A stretch of DNA of 60,060 nt from a virus (lineage: Duplodnaviria > Caudoviricetes): IMG/VR virus record IMGVR_UViG_3300020201_000020, positions 1 to 60,060 of that record, one strand, 5' to 3'. Position numbers and translations under genes: made by a program. The notes below the pieces were generated by a model that was given only the letters and a program-made list of their open reading frames with translations, made no database searches and was not told where the DNA came from. How positions within the stretch are numbered: position 1 is the first letter of the stretch; the number at the start of each line of letters is the position of its first letter. Positions 19,429 to 28,499 of this stretch are shown one piece after another.

Positions 19429-19783
19429 AGCGTCTGACTTTAAGGATCACAAAGTCAGAACTGCGCCAGTGGAAGAACTCGAAGATCGAATGGTGATGGA
19501 GGAAGATCAGCAGCGTGTTAAAGCGGTCGCTGTGACGTTCTTCATGACCGCTGACAATCTAGTGAAGATGCTCAATCAAATGCCAAAGAACTCTAAAATT
19601 CAACGCCTGAGCGTTGATCCTGTTCGCAACAGGCAACTCATTATCATTCAGAGCTTGGACTTCTCGGTCGTTCTAGAGGGCGAAGAAATACCAGTAATTA
19701 AGTTTGGAACTGACAAGGCCGGGAAGGTTACTTCTACGTTCAAAGAGTCAGCTGATTTTTTTGACACGCTCAAAGACCTCTAA
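19409..19783 (+). CDS. hypothetical protein, C-terminus FFDTLKDL
   Basis: AAGGGG SD. Confidence 0.6.
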   Translation: MEKKTIKASDFKDHKVRTAPVEELEDRMVMEEDQQRVKAVAVTFFMTADNLVKMLNQMPKNSKIQRLSVDPVRNRQLIIIQSLDFSVVLEGEEIPVIKFGTDKAGKVTSTFKESADFFDTLKDL

Positions 19784-20084
19784 ACCAAGCAAGGCTCAAG
19801 AAGAGCTGAAACGGTTGAGATCTGAAAAGGGTTCAACCATGGGCTACATCGTGGGAGAAGAGCTACGTAGCGTGGCGTTGATCCTTCGCATCTCAGTTGC
19901 ACACATTACACACTCAGCTGATGTTTTTAAATTGATTACCAACAGCTCAAAGTTTCTCGAATTGACTGAAGCAGAGATAGTGCAACTCCCTATTAGTGGA
20001 CTTACGGAAAAGAAGCTCCTAGAAGCGCACAGGAAACATAAAGAAGTTCATTACAGTTTTATGAAAGAGATCGAGGATATATGA
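19704..20084 (+). CDS. hypothetical protein, C-terminus FMKEIEDI (start uncertain)
   Basis: ATGA coupling to next gene. Confidence 0.55.
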   Translation: MELTRPGRLLLRSKSQLIFLTRSKTSKPSKAQEELKRLRSEKGSTMGYIVGEELRSVALILRISVAHITHSADVFKLITNSSKFLELTEAEIVQLPISGLTEKKLLEAHRKHKEVHYSFMKEIEDI

Positions 20085-20581
20085 AAATAAACACATCAGG
20101 AAAGAACGAAGCTAGACATCAAAACGCACTAGCAGGACGTTCGTACCGACCGGGCAAGGTTAGAAATCCACCCAACTCAGGACTTCCAAAGACTAGAAAG
20201 AAAGTAGATTATTTCAACGAAGAGTCTCGCAAGCGTGAAGCTCGTGAAATTGAAATTCAAACCATGGTGAACATGATGCAGTATTGGGTAGATCCTACAA
20301 TATACGCTGGGAACATTGACCGATCATGGGTCGAAGTGTTTTTGATGTTCATAAAAAATAACAAGCTTGAAGAGAAAGACCAGAAGTACATAGTCCAAGA
20401 GCTTTATGCTAAACAAGTCGCTTCACCATCGTTTAACGGCATAATCATAGACGAACTAAAGAGCAGCTCGGTCTCGGTCAAGCTTGCGAACTGGGCGAAC
20501 GAGATGGTTGAATGCTGGGAAACATGGGTCGAAGAGAACCGACAGGCGACAGAATTCAATGAAATGTTAGGCGCATTATGA
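20081..20581 (+). CDS. hypothetical protein, C-terminus FNEMLGAL
   Basis: GAGG SD; coupled. Confidence 0.65.
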   Translation: MKINTSGKNEARHQNALAGRSYRPGKVRNPPNSGLPKTRKKVDYFNEESRKREAREIEIQTMVNMMQYWVDPTIYAGNIDRSWVEVFLMFIKNNKLEEKDQKYIVQELYAKQVASPSFNGIIIDELKSSSVSVKLANWANEMVECWETWVEENRQATEFNEMLGAL

Positions 20582-20901
20582 ACCTATTTCAAATGGAAGA
20601 AGGCTTTCTGTATTTCTGTTCAGCATTCAATGAATCACGGGTGTTCAGGCTCCATAGGGGAATGCTTCAAATATTGAACGCTGAAGCCTTCGAGGATCAT
20701 CCGGTCGCCGATCTTCGCTGGGTCTACGTAGAACTTCCTAATCAAAGAAACAAATGTCCATGCTGCCAAAGGTCAATGGAAGTGGTGCCTAACGGCTACA
20801 TGTTTTTAAATCGATTCTACACGGGGCTTTATTGTAAGCCTTGCAACATAACAACAGCTGGTGAGGACGTTCCTAGACTAGCAATAGGGGCCTTAGAATG
20901 A
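20578..20901 (+). CDS. zinc-ribbon hypothetical protein
   Basis: CPCC...CKPC. Confidence 0.6.
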   Translation: MNLFQMEEGFLYFCSAFNESRVFRLHRGMLQILNAEAFEDHPVADLRWVYVELPNQRNKCPCCQRSMEVVPNGYMFLNRFYTGLYCKPCNITTAGEDVPRLAIGALE

Positions 20902-21098
20902 GCATGATGAGACAGTTTCAAGAGTTAGCTAGAAAGAATCCAAACGACATGGAGTTAGGCTCCGTGATTCGTTCGGCAATCCAGAAGTTAGACGCAGATA
21001 AACGCTTTTGTAACTTTTGCCACGCAGAAACCTATACGAAAGAAGAAGATTGTGTCGATTGTGGCTTTTCTAAGCCGTATAAGGAAAAGCTACAGTGA
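20898..21098 (+). CDS. small zinc-ribbon protein
   Basis: PNDMELG; CNFC..CVDC. Confidence 0.6.
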   Translation: MSMMRQFQELARKNPNDMELGSVIRSAIQKLDADKRFCNFCHAETYTKEEDCVDCGFSKPYKEKLQ

Positions 21099-21099
21099 T

Positions 21100-21387
21100 A
21101 TGTTTGCTTTAGATAAATACCATTCCAAAATCTATAAGGGCGACTTCGTCATGGTCGTATGGGCCGTTAAAAGCTCTACACGCTTCCTAGAGGTGCTTCC
21201 AAAGGGAACGACATGCGAGGTTGATGAGATAGTCCCAGAACGAAATGGCGAATTCTATATCAAAATAAAGAATCCCAAGGACGCATTCAATAACGACGTT
21301 CAAACGCCTAAAAGACCCATATATTCAGGCAGACGTTTCATGGTGACAGGGGAATGCAACATCCACGACATGATAAGGGATATATGA
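21100..21387 (+). CDS. hypothetical protein (SH3/YopX-like beta-barrel), C-terminus IHDMIRDI
   Basis: DKYHSKIYKGDFV pattern. Confidence 0.5.
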   Translation: MFALDKYHSKIYKGDFVMVVWAVKSSTRFLEVLPKGTTCEVDEIVPERNGEFYIKIKNPKDAFNNDVQTPKRPIYSGRRFMVTGECNIHDMIRDI

Positions 21388-21722
21388 TAGATCCAGACTC
21401 ATATCTGAAGCGAAAGCGATCCGCAACACGGGGCGAAATAAAACAGCGTGAGGCTTTAAAAGAAAAGCTTAAAGACATAGAAATCATCATGACTGGAGAA
21501 TCATTGAAAGGAATCAAACGAAAGCGAAACGAGCTGGCCCTACAGGCAGACAAAGCTCTAGAGGACGAAATCAAACGGATGGGATCGGAGTGGGTAGAGC
21601 CAAAGAAGCGAGTCATAAAGAGACAGGGAAAGAAAGCCGTCTACAAACCAATAGAAGGCGATCCATTCGGCATACTAAATGAACCACCAGTAGACATGAA
21701 AGAACTAATAAAGGATTTGTAA
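21384..21722 (+). CDS. basic hypothetical protein, C-terminus MKELIKDL
   Basis: AAGGGA SD; coupled. Confidence 0.6.
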   Translation: MIDPDSYLKRKRSATRGEIKQREALKEKLKDIEIIMTGESLKGIKRKRNELALQADKALEDEIKRMGSEWVEPKKRVIKRQGKKAVYKPIEGDPFGILNEPPVDMKELIKDL

Positions 21723-21964
21723 TGCGTGAAGCTATAGAATCAGAACACAGAGAAGCAATAGTGAAGGACTATATGGAGAAGCATATGGAGAAGCATAAGT
21801 GCTCAATGGCAGCAGCGAAATTCCACTTCAGCAAAGACATAAAGAAAGAAGTAGACCGTAGAACGAACGAAGTAAACATGACACCGGAACAGGGAACAAC
21901 CAACGGTAAACTAATCGACCTAAGCTTATTCGGCTCATTCACGGAACTAATAAAGGATTTGTGA
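21722..21964 (+). CDS. hypothetical protein, C-terminus FTELIKDL
   Basis: TAATG coupling. Confidence 0.6.
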   Translation: MREAIESEHREAIVKDYMEKHMEKHKCSMAAAKFHFSKDIKKEVDRRTNEVNMTPEQGTTNGKLIDLSLFGSFTELIKDL

Positions 21965-22174
21965 TGCGAAGCCATAGAATATTAGATGAAGTATCTAATA
22001 TTAGTAAATGTTAGGAAGACATCTAATAAAAGACCTATGAACGGTATGGTTACACAACCCTTGTGTCGCCACTTTATGTAATCACCCCACAACACAAACG
22101 TATTCACACGTATAACCACTACTAGACAATGTAAGCAGTTCGTAAGACACTTGTAATACAATCTCCTAACCAAA

Positions 22175-23113
22175 ATGGACACAGTCATCATGACCAGCAA
22201 ACGTATAGCAAAGCCTAGAGTAGTAAGAGCACGTAAAGCAGAACATTTACACAGAATAGCAGAGGAGGCAGCTAAAATTGTTCCTCCGTCTGATACCGCT
22301 AGTAAGAATAAAAACTCTAGAGGTAACGCTAAAGCAATCCAACGTGCAAAGAAAACCTCTGAAAACCCATTAGAGGCTGAATTCGATATTAAAGATCTAG
22401 GTGGAGTTTCACGCATTGAACGTGAAGCTGAAATACTTCAATTGGACTGGGCGATTAGATTCCCACTAATGAAGCCCTACGAATACTTAACGATTGAAAA
22501 GAACTATTCAGTCAATCAGGCGAACGCCGTCTTACATGAAAGCGGCGGGACTTCAGACTGGGAAATGCGGCGGGTGGAAATCCAAAACAAAGTAACTGAA
22601 ACCGTAGTCAAACGCCACGTCGACCAGATTGCAGACTTCAATGACACGTTTATAAAGGGCGCAAAAGTTGGTATGGCCAAATCCCTAGAGATGCTCTCAA
22701 AGTTCTCCATAGAGGCGGTCAGGGACGAAGACGGCAAGCTAATGATCGACCCCAAGACCAAGAAACCAATCTATAGGGGATTCCGTTCAATTGATCTGCT
22801 TAATACTCTGAACGCTCTGAAAATTGCTCAAGAGATATGGCGTAAAGGATTGGGGATCAATAACGACGAAGGTGGAATGGCGCAAGTATTAGAACAGGTG
22901 TCTCAACTCACAGAACTTCAGAAGCGTGAAATCACCGTCAACCAAACGAATATAAATCTAACCGTAAACCCTGTGCGTCAAGAAGCACAACAGAAGCTAG
23001 AGCAGTTCGTCGGGAAGCTTTCATACGACGACATCAGAACATTCATTGATTACCACAAAGACAAAAAGAAGAGACAACAGGTTATAGAGGCTGAAATTAA
23101 AGATGAAACGTAG
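22175..23113 (+). CDS. putative resident terminase small subunit / DNA-binding protein
   Basis: helical core LKIAQEIWRKGLG and QTNINLTV strand typical of TerS; weak. Confidence 0.4.
   Translation: MDTVIMTSKRIAKPRVVRARKAEHLHRIAEEAAKIVPPSDTASKNKNSRGNAKAIQRAKKTSENPLEAEFDIKDLGGVSRIEREAEILQLDWAIRFPLMKPYEYLTIEKNYSVNQANAVLHESGGTSDWEMRRVEIQNKVTETVVKRHVDQIADFNDTFIKGAKVGMAKSLEMLSKFSIEAVRDEDGKLMIDPKTKKPIYRGFRSIDLLNTLNALKIAQEIWRKGLGINNDEGGMAQVLEQVSQLTELQKREITVNQTNINLTVNPVRQEAQQKLEQFVGKLSYDDIRTFIDYHKDKKKRQQVIEAEIKDET
22388..22421 (+). repeat. 34-bp exact direct repeat, copy 1 (copy 2 at 24852-24885)
   Basis: ATTAAAGATCTAGGTGGAGTTTCACGCATTGAAC, read as IKDLGGVSRIE in both genes. Confidence 0.9.
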
Positions 23114-23135
23114 AAGGGTGTATGGACATTAATAA
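23104..23135 (+). repeat. 32-bp direct repeat (2 mismatches), copy 2 at 23919-23950
   Basis: TGAAACGTAGAAGGGTG[T/C]ATGGA[C/T]ATTAATAA flanks the PAPS-reductase-like gene. Confidence 0.9.
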
Positions 23136-23928
23136 TAAGAAGATAGTTGCATGGTTTAGTGCTGGAGTGACTTCCACAATTGCTACGAAAATGACTTTGG
23201 AAAAGTATGGCAAGGACAATGTGGAGATAATTTTCTTTGAAACAGGAAGCCATCATGCTGACAACGCCAGATTTATAAAAGAATGCGAAGAGAAGCTTTT
23301 CTTTAAGAAAATAAGAACTGAGCAGGACAAACGCTTCACCAGTGTTGTGGACTTAATTAGAAAGCTGAAAGTTATTAATTTCGTCACAGGCGCAGAATGC
23401 ACCCGCACCATGAAAAAGAGGATGCGCTTCAAGCTGGAAAAGAAAGAAAAATTTGATCACCAAGTCTTTGGCTTTGAGTATGAAAAGAAAGAAATTAATA
23501 GGGCACTAAGGTTTAGTGAGCAATATCCTGAAACTAATCCAATTTATCCGCTGATAGAAAACAAGCTGACGAAATTAGATTGCTTGAAAATGCTTAATGA
23601 TTACGGCATCGCTATCCCCGCTATGTATCGACTTGGTTATAAAAACAATAACTGCGTAGGATGCGTTAAAGGTGGCATGGGCTACTGGAACAAGATACGT
23701 GTAGACTTCCCCTTAGTGTTTGATGAGATGGCAAAGGTTGAACGTGAGATTAATCGAACGTGCTTGCTTGAGACTATTAACGGCAAGAGGGTCAATCTAT
23801 TTTTAGACACCCTAGATCCTACGAGGGGAAGAAATGAAACCCTTGATTTAGGTGATTGTGGTGTGTTATGCGAGGTAGAATTCTCGGACATTGAGCATCC
23901 AGACTTACAAAAAATAATTGAAACGTAG
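23122..23928 (+). CDS. PAPS-reductase / adenine-nucleotide alpha-hydrolase family protein
   Basis: VAWFSAGVTS PP-loop, CTRTMK, MYRLGYKNNNCVGCVKGG..YW, DCGVLC. Confidence 0.8.
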   Translation: MDINNKKIVAWFSAGVTSTIATKMTLEKYGKDNVEIIFFETGSHHADNARFIKECEEKLFFKKIRTEQDKRFTSVVDLIRKLKVINFVTGAECTRTMKKRMRFKLEKKEKFDHQVFGFEYEKKEINRALRFSEQYPETNPIYPLIENKLTKLDCLKMLNDYGIAIPAMYRLGYKNNNCVGCVKGGMGYWNKIRVDFPLVFDEMAKVEREINRTCLLETINGKRVNLFLDTLDPTRGRNETLDLGDCGVLCEVEFSDIEHPDLQKIIET

Positions 23929-23936
23929 AAGGGTGC

Positions 23937-24320
23937 ATGGATATTAATAAAATAACTGCAGCGTTGGACATGTTAACCAGCGCAATAGCCGAAGCTGGGC
24001 ATGATGGCGATTGCGAGCTTTCCGTAAACAGGGAAGCCTTCCGTCACATTGAACACGAAATGATGAAAAGGACTTCTGGCATGAGCGGCTCTCTTGTCCC
24101 TACTGGGCTAGGCAGTGGAATGCGAACAATCGAATTCAGAACATACACTGCTCGAGTTCGTCTTTACGAACTTAGAGGGTCACCTAGTAGTCGCTACATG
24201 GACAAGCTTGAAGATCCCAGTCTCATCATCGAAGCACCAAAGTATGCCAAGAAGAAAAAGCCATATAACAAAGAATACGAAACGGCAGAGAAATTCCAAC
24301 GGGAGATTGAAAGACTATGA
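23937..24320 (+). CDS. hypothetical protein, C-terminus FQREIERL
   Basis: SD AAGGGT; coupled. Confidence 0.6.
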   Translation: MDINKITAALDMLTSAIAEAGHDGDCELSVNREAFRHIEHEMMKRTSGMSGSLVPTGLGSGMRTIEFRTYTARVRLYELRGSPSSRYMDKLEDPSLIIEAPKYAKKKKPYNKEYETAEKFQREIERL

Positions 24321-24550
24321 TCACCCCAGAGCAAATCGAAGCACGACATTCAGGACATGTTTTGAAGCGGTGGCAAACCCCACAGGGAAGACATGAGAAG
24401 ATGCGAATAGTTCAGCCAGCTAAAATGCAAACGTGTAACGATTGCTTTGAGGGCATAGAAGGCAAAGCGGTTAAAACTGAAACAGGTGGCAGCATGACAT
24501 TACATACCCAATGCCCAACGTGCGCAGCAAAGGAATTAAATGAGGATTAA
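24317..24550 (+). CDS. small zinc-ribbon protein
   Basis: CNDC...CPTC. Confidence 0.6.
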   Translation: MITPEQIEARHSGHVLKRWQTPQGRHEKMRIVQPAKMQTCNDCFEGIEGKAVKTETGGSMTLHTQCPTCAAKELNED

Positions 24551-24728
24551 ACCATGGACTATTGTGGACACAATGGACTCTATTTTAAGCTTGATGACAT
24601 TCATCCTGCTCGTTGTAACTTTTCCTATTTGGTTCATTCCGTTCGTTTCCTATAAAGGATTGAAAGATTCAATCGTGAACGAAAACCCAAAACCGACAAC
24701 GCCGAGACCAACATCGAGAGGAGTTTAA
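24540..24728 (+). CDS. small membrane protein
   Basis: ILSLMTFILLVVTFPIWFIPFV; AAGGA SD. Confidence 0.6.
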   Translation: MRIKPWTIVDTMDSILSLMTFILLVVTFPIWFIPFVSYKGLKDSIVNENPKPTTPRPTSRGV

Positions 24729-24729
24729 A

Positions 24730-24843
24730 ATGATGATTGAGCTGTACGCTTTAAAGCTTTTTATACTAGGTATCTTCATTACCGCTTATGTGATGAGGAA
24801 GAGAAAAAGCAAACCAAGAGCGTTTTACATAAGGGAAATATGA
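24730..24843 (+). CDS. membrane micropeptide (37 aa)
   Basis: GAGGAG SD; LYALKLFILGIFITAYV then basic residues; ATGA coupling. Confidence 0.55.
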   Translation: MMIELYALKLFILGIFITAYVMRKRKSKPRAFYIREI

Positions 24844-25292
24844 GCGAAGACATTAAAGATCTAGGTGGAGTTTCACGCATTGAACTAAGCAAAATCAATA
24901 TTGATCTAGACCGGGCATTACGTGAAGCAGCTCATGATGGGACTGTTGCGCCTGACGGATTCCATGCGAAGAAATTAGAGAACATGCAACGCTTCGTCGG
25001 GGCATGGCCCAAAACATTCCCACCTATTGAACCGAACACACCGATCTATTGGTTAGTAGACATGCTAACGACCATGATCACCGAACACGAACTTGAACCG
25101 CTACAGCGTGGCGTTAAAGATTTAGTGGAAGACGTGGTCGCCAAGGAACTACATTCACCAGAAATAAAGAAACAGATGGATTACTACATAGAAACAACGG
25201 TTAGAAATAAGATCAAAGAATACTTCATCAAACATGACTTGGAAGCTAACACTATGGCGAATTCGTTCGTCGACGAACTAAAGGATTTATAA
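24840..25292 (+). CDS. hypothetical protein, C-terminus FVDELKDL
   Basis: AAGGGA SD. Confidence 0.65.
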   Translation: MSEDIKDLGGVSRIELSKINIDLDRALREAAHDGTVAPDGFHAKKLENMQRFVGAWPKTFPPIEPNTPIYWLVDMLTTMITEHELEPLQRGVKDLVEDVVAKELHSPEIKKQMDYYIETTVRNKIKEYFIKHDLEANTMANSFVDELKDL

Positions 25293-25520
25293 ATGAGCAC
25301 AATGGATGAAATGAATGGATTTCTAAAAGCCCAAGAAACAGCATCACACGGGTTTGAGGTTTTCCTAGAAAGAGAAAGAGCAGACGGGAAGCCTAAAGAG
25401 TTTATGGACATGCTAGAGAAGTCTGAAGTATTCAGGCAACTATTCGTCATGGGCTTCATGGCCGGTATGAGCTTCGCCGCTGAAGACATGTTTGAAACAG
25501 TTGAAAAGAACTTCCAATGA
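25293..25520 (+). CDS. hypothetical protein
   Basis: AAGGA SD. Confidence 0.6.
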   Translation: MSTMDEMNGFLKAQETASHGFEVFLERERADGKPKEFMDMLEKSEVFRQLFVMGFMAGMSFAAEDMFETVEKNFQ

Positions 25521-25600
25521 TGACCGAGTGGGAAGCTAAAATTTACGTCATGCTTACGTTTGCATTCATGATCTTTATGTTAAAGCAGTTCGCTATATGA
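25517..25600 (+). CDS. membrane micropeptide (27 aa)
   Basis: ATGA overlaps at both ends; IYVMLTFAFMIFML. Confidence 0.45.
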   Translation: MMTEWEAKIYVMLTFAFMIFMLKQFAI

Positions 25601-26154
25601 GCTTCACACGGACAGGCGTAATCCCATTGAACGCAGAGGAAGTCCCACCGGGGCTTAAATTCATTGGCGATGTCACGATCATGAACCATCTCAATATTGG
25701 CGACTATGGACGTATGACGGAAGAATGTCACCGAGTGGACGGTAAGACGTTTAACCCCGGAGATCTTATTGCTAGAGATAGCACAGGGGGCCTGATCAAG
25801 CTCGAGTCCGTCACCACAACGTCAGCAGATCTTTTAAGCACAATCACTTCGGTTGGTCGGCCAAACAATCCAGCACAAAGGGCACTAGAGGCCCTATTCA
25901 CTAATAAGCTAACGTCAGACATTATTATGACCAATGAAGACTGGAAAGAGAAGGAAGAGCAATTCCTAGCTGACATGAACCAGCTAGGCTACGACCATAA
26001 GATTGAATACGTAGCGGGACAGCCATTCTCAAGAGTTCTAATACAACATCCGGCACAGGGTAAAGTTGCGCTCATTATCAACATTATAGAAAATTCTAAA
26101 AGCATAGACGAATGTGAAGCTGACGAGTTCACTGATGCATTAAAGGACTTATGA
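25597..26154 (+). CDS. hypothetical protein, C-terminus FTDALKDL
   Basis: 185-aa ORF; coupled. Confidence 0.65.
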   Translation: MSFTRTGVIPLNAEEVPPGLKFIGDVTIMNHLNIGDYGRMTEECHRVDGKTFNPGDLIARDSTGGLIKLESVTTTSADLLSTITSVGRPNNPAQRALEALFTNKLTSDIIMTNEDWKEKEEQFLADMNQLGYDHKIEYVAGQPFSRVLIQHPAQGKVALIINIIENSKSIDECEADEFTDALKDL

Positions 26155-26334
26155 AAAAATGTGAATGCGGTTCAACACTAGAACGACAAGAAGGCGATGT
26201 TCGTTATCCTATGTCCCGATTGTCTGTATTACGAAACAGTTGAAGAGACCGAAAGAAATAAGCAACTCCAAAGGGATTGGGCAGAAGCACAGGAGGCTGA
26301 ATATGAAGTGGTTTGTGAAAATAGTAATGAGTGA
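26151..26334 (+). pseudogene. zinc-ribbon gene split by a frameshift near 26180-26210
   Basis: MKKCECGSTLE in one frame and ..ILCPDCLYYE.. in the +1 frame. Confidence 0.45.
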
Positions 26335-26397
26335 TTGGAATCCATCGTGTCAATTAAAGTGGTTAGTCCATCAAACGTGGATCGTTAGAGGTTCTCT

Positions 26398-26502
26398 ATG
26401 AAGTTCATGGGCGACATACTAATATCGGCAATGCTGGTCTTCCTAATTTTAGGCATAGGACTGTTTTTAGTTATAGGGGTGGGAACGAATGAATCAGACT
26501 AG
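26398..26502 (+). CDS. membrane micropeptide (34 aa)
   Basis: GAGG SD; ILISAMLVFLILGIGLFLVIGV. Confidence 0.5.
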   Translation: MKFMGDILISAMLVFLILGIGLFLVIGVGTNESD

Positions 26503-26773
26503 GAAATGCACGTTTGAAGGCACAGGGATCAACATAGAAGTCCCGTCAGACGCAGACCAGATACTCGTCACCTTAGACGGTAAGCTTATCGATGTATTTA
26601 GCTACACGATCAAACTTAAAACCCCAGAATTGAAAGACATCATTATCGAAGGGCTTGAATACGGCACTCATACGGTTCTATTCTCCTACAACACTAATAC
26701 GACCTATGAATTTCCTAAACTTTCCAGTTTTGAAACGGACGTAGACTTCGCTCAACTAATAACAGACCTGTAA
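26489..26773 (+). CDS. hypothetical beta-sandwich protein, C-terminus FAQLITDL
   Basis: TFEGTGI...VTLDGK...GLEYGTHTV pattern. Confidence 0.6.
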   Translation: MNQTRKCTFEGTGINIEVPSDADQILVTLDGKLIDVFSYTIKLKTPELKDIIIEGLEYGTHTVLFSYNTNTTYEFPKLSSFETDVDFAQLITDL

Positions 26774-26837
26774 ATAACTTACCGCAGCTTTCCCGCCACA
26801 TTCCACCCACATTCCGATTAGGCAGCATGAAGAAAAC

Positions 26838-27257
26838 ATGCTCAACATGAAAGGGCCAGAAATTACACTCCCAAACGTCACAACGAGGTTCCCAATGAGC
26901 AAGAGTATGACGAATCAGCAGCAAGACTTAGTGGATACGACATTCGCCATGGCACAGCTTTTCTCCGACATCAAATCAATGAAACGCATCTTCCTCATTA
27001 TTGATCAAAAGACTTTGAAGATCTCAAAGACCGAAGAACTCTCCGATAAGCATTTCACCAACGCAATAGGTAATAAAACGATCATAGTGGATCTAAAATC
27101 CCAACAGGTGTTCGACTATGGAAAACGGGACTGGCAGGATATTAGCGAAGAACACAAAGCTGGCACTTCTAATAAGAAAAAGAGTGGAAGAGCTGGAAGC
27201 GGAAGTGGTGCGACAAAGAAAAAGAAACGCACACCCAGCACTAATAGAAAGGCTTGA
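26838..27257 (+). CDS. hypothetical protein
   Basis: ORF track; basic tail overlaps next ORF. Confidence 0.5.
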   Translation: MLNMKGPEITLPNVTTRFPMSKSMTNQQQDLVDTTFAMAQLFSDIKSMKRIFLIIDQKTLKISKTEELSDKHFTNAIGNKTIIVDLKSQQVFDYGKRDWQDISEEHKAGTSNKKKSGRAGSGSGATKKKKRTPSTNRKA

Positions 27258-27324
27258 AGAAGCACTAGCGGAGAACACACTGATGCTAATGAGACTTGAA
27301 CATAGAAAGGTGACCTATCATTAA
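27118..27324 (+). CDS. small coiled-coil protein
   Basis: AGGTG SD. Confidence 0.5.
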   Translation: MENGTGRILAKNTKLALLIRKRVEELEAEVVRQRKRNAHPALIERLEEALAENTLMLMRLEHRKVTYH

Positions 27325-27449
27325 TAAAGTAGTCGCCCAGATTCTAGTATGGCTTTCCATTGTTACGTTCGTGACGATCTTGGTGGTCATTTCTTTCGTC
27401 TATCGCTTTAATAGAATAGATAATAAACTAAAAGAAATCCGAGGTAAGA

Positions 27450-27920
27450 ATGGAACATGATATTTACTTGATAGCCGCTGGGGCAATCGCAGCCGTCATT
27501 GGGACGGCAGTTATTAAAAGAAAGAAAAGTCTCGACGTAGAACCTGCACTGAAGAAAGATCAGCAGTTACGGGTAGTTGAGCGCAAAGACGAACCCGCAA
27601 AACAAAAAACAAGCCAACGTGCGAGCTACGGGAAACGTGAGTCAGCGGGTAAGCTGATGGACGATACGAAGCGCAAGAACCTACAGCCGGGGAACATTAA
27701 GACTATTGCCGAAGTAATCAATAAAACCATTCATGACGTTCAGAACTTCGAGCACAAGTTCTTCGGCACTGTTCTAATGGTCGAAGGAAGAATCTTAATT
27801 GATTCACTGCCAAAGAAGCTGCACTCATTTGAGGTGCTTGATGGCGTTTGCTACTGTGATGGACAGGTGGTCAAAATACACCCAGACGAAATATTAAGAC
27901 TTGCGAGAAGTATTGAATGA
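27450..27920 (+). CDS. N-terminally membrane-anchored hypothetical protein
   Basis: GAGGT SD; IYLIAAGAIAAVIGTAVI. Confidence 0.6.
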   Translation: MEHDIYLIAAGAIAAVIGTAVIKRKKSLDVEPALKKDQQLRVVERKDEPAKQKTSQRASYGKRESAGKLMDDTKRKNLQPGNIKTIAEVINKTIHDVQNFEHKFFGTVLMVEGRILIDSLPKKLHSFEVLDGVCYCDGQVVKIHPDEILRLARSIE

Positions 27921-28477
27921 GTGAAATGGACGGACGGCAAGATAAAGGCTTCCCTAAATGGGATGGCAACTTAAATAAGTTGTTTGAGACATTGCAGAAT
28001 GTTGATGGCTCTTCAGTCGAAAATTACAACCACATCATATCAAAGCTATTCCAAAGCATAGTCTCTGGTAATTTTACATGGGTTAACGGTGTCCCATACA
28101 TCGACGATCCACTCAGGGGAAAAAAGCTTTCACTCACACGAGCAACACAAAGCTTTGGTTATTACGGCCCTAATCAGGACAGCCGCTATCTAAGGCTCAG
28201 TGAGGTCACAACGTCAGGTAACGGCTATATGATGATGAGGGACGCTACTATCACTGGACTTGCAACACGCTCACGATCGCCAAGCGCATATCAATTAGAA
28301 ATAAGAAAAAATGACAATCCTAACGCACTGTATTCTCTCAACGCTAACGCTGGTCAGGGAATTGCCGATACGCTCGATATTGATTTAGTTGCTGGAGATT
28401 TTGTTCAAATATATTTAAACGGATCATCTATTGATCACCCACTTGCATTTTTAGAGTTAGCTTGGCGAACCACTTAA
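27917..28477 (+). CDS. putative virion fibre/decoration protein (beta-sandwich; paralogous to C-terminus of 28500)
   Basis: IRKN...DIDLVAGDFVQIYLNG..IDHP...LELA. Confidence 0.55.
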   Translation: MSEMDGRQDKGFPKWDGNLNKLFETLQNVDGSSVENYNHIISKLFQSIVSGNFTWVNGVPYIDDPLRGKKLSLTRATQSFGYYGPNQDSRYLRLSEVTTSGNGYMMMRDATITGLATRSRSPSAYQLEIRKNDNPNALYSLNANAGQGIADTLDIDLVAGDFVQIYLNGSSIDHPLAFLELAWRTT

Positions 28478-28499
28478 CCTTTAAGACCTTGGAGGTCAC

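Noticed and set aside
21965-22174. Origin, pac site or genome terminus in the gap before the putative terS
   Set aside because: AT-rich, but no iterons or clear consensus; read-coverage data would be needed
21700-26154. KDL endings explained purely by an overlapping Shine-Dalgarno (AAGGA)
   Set aside because: It could explain KD in some cases, but not the hydrophobic residues at -8 and -4, nor tails with no SD (19783, 26773, 35381); kept as a caveat
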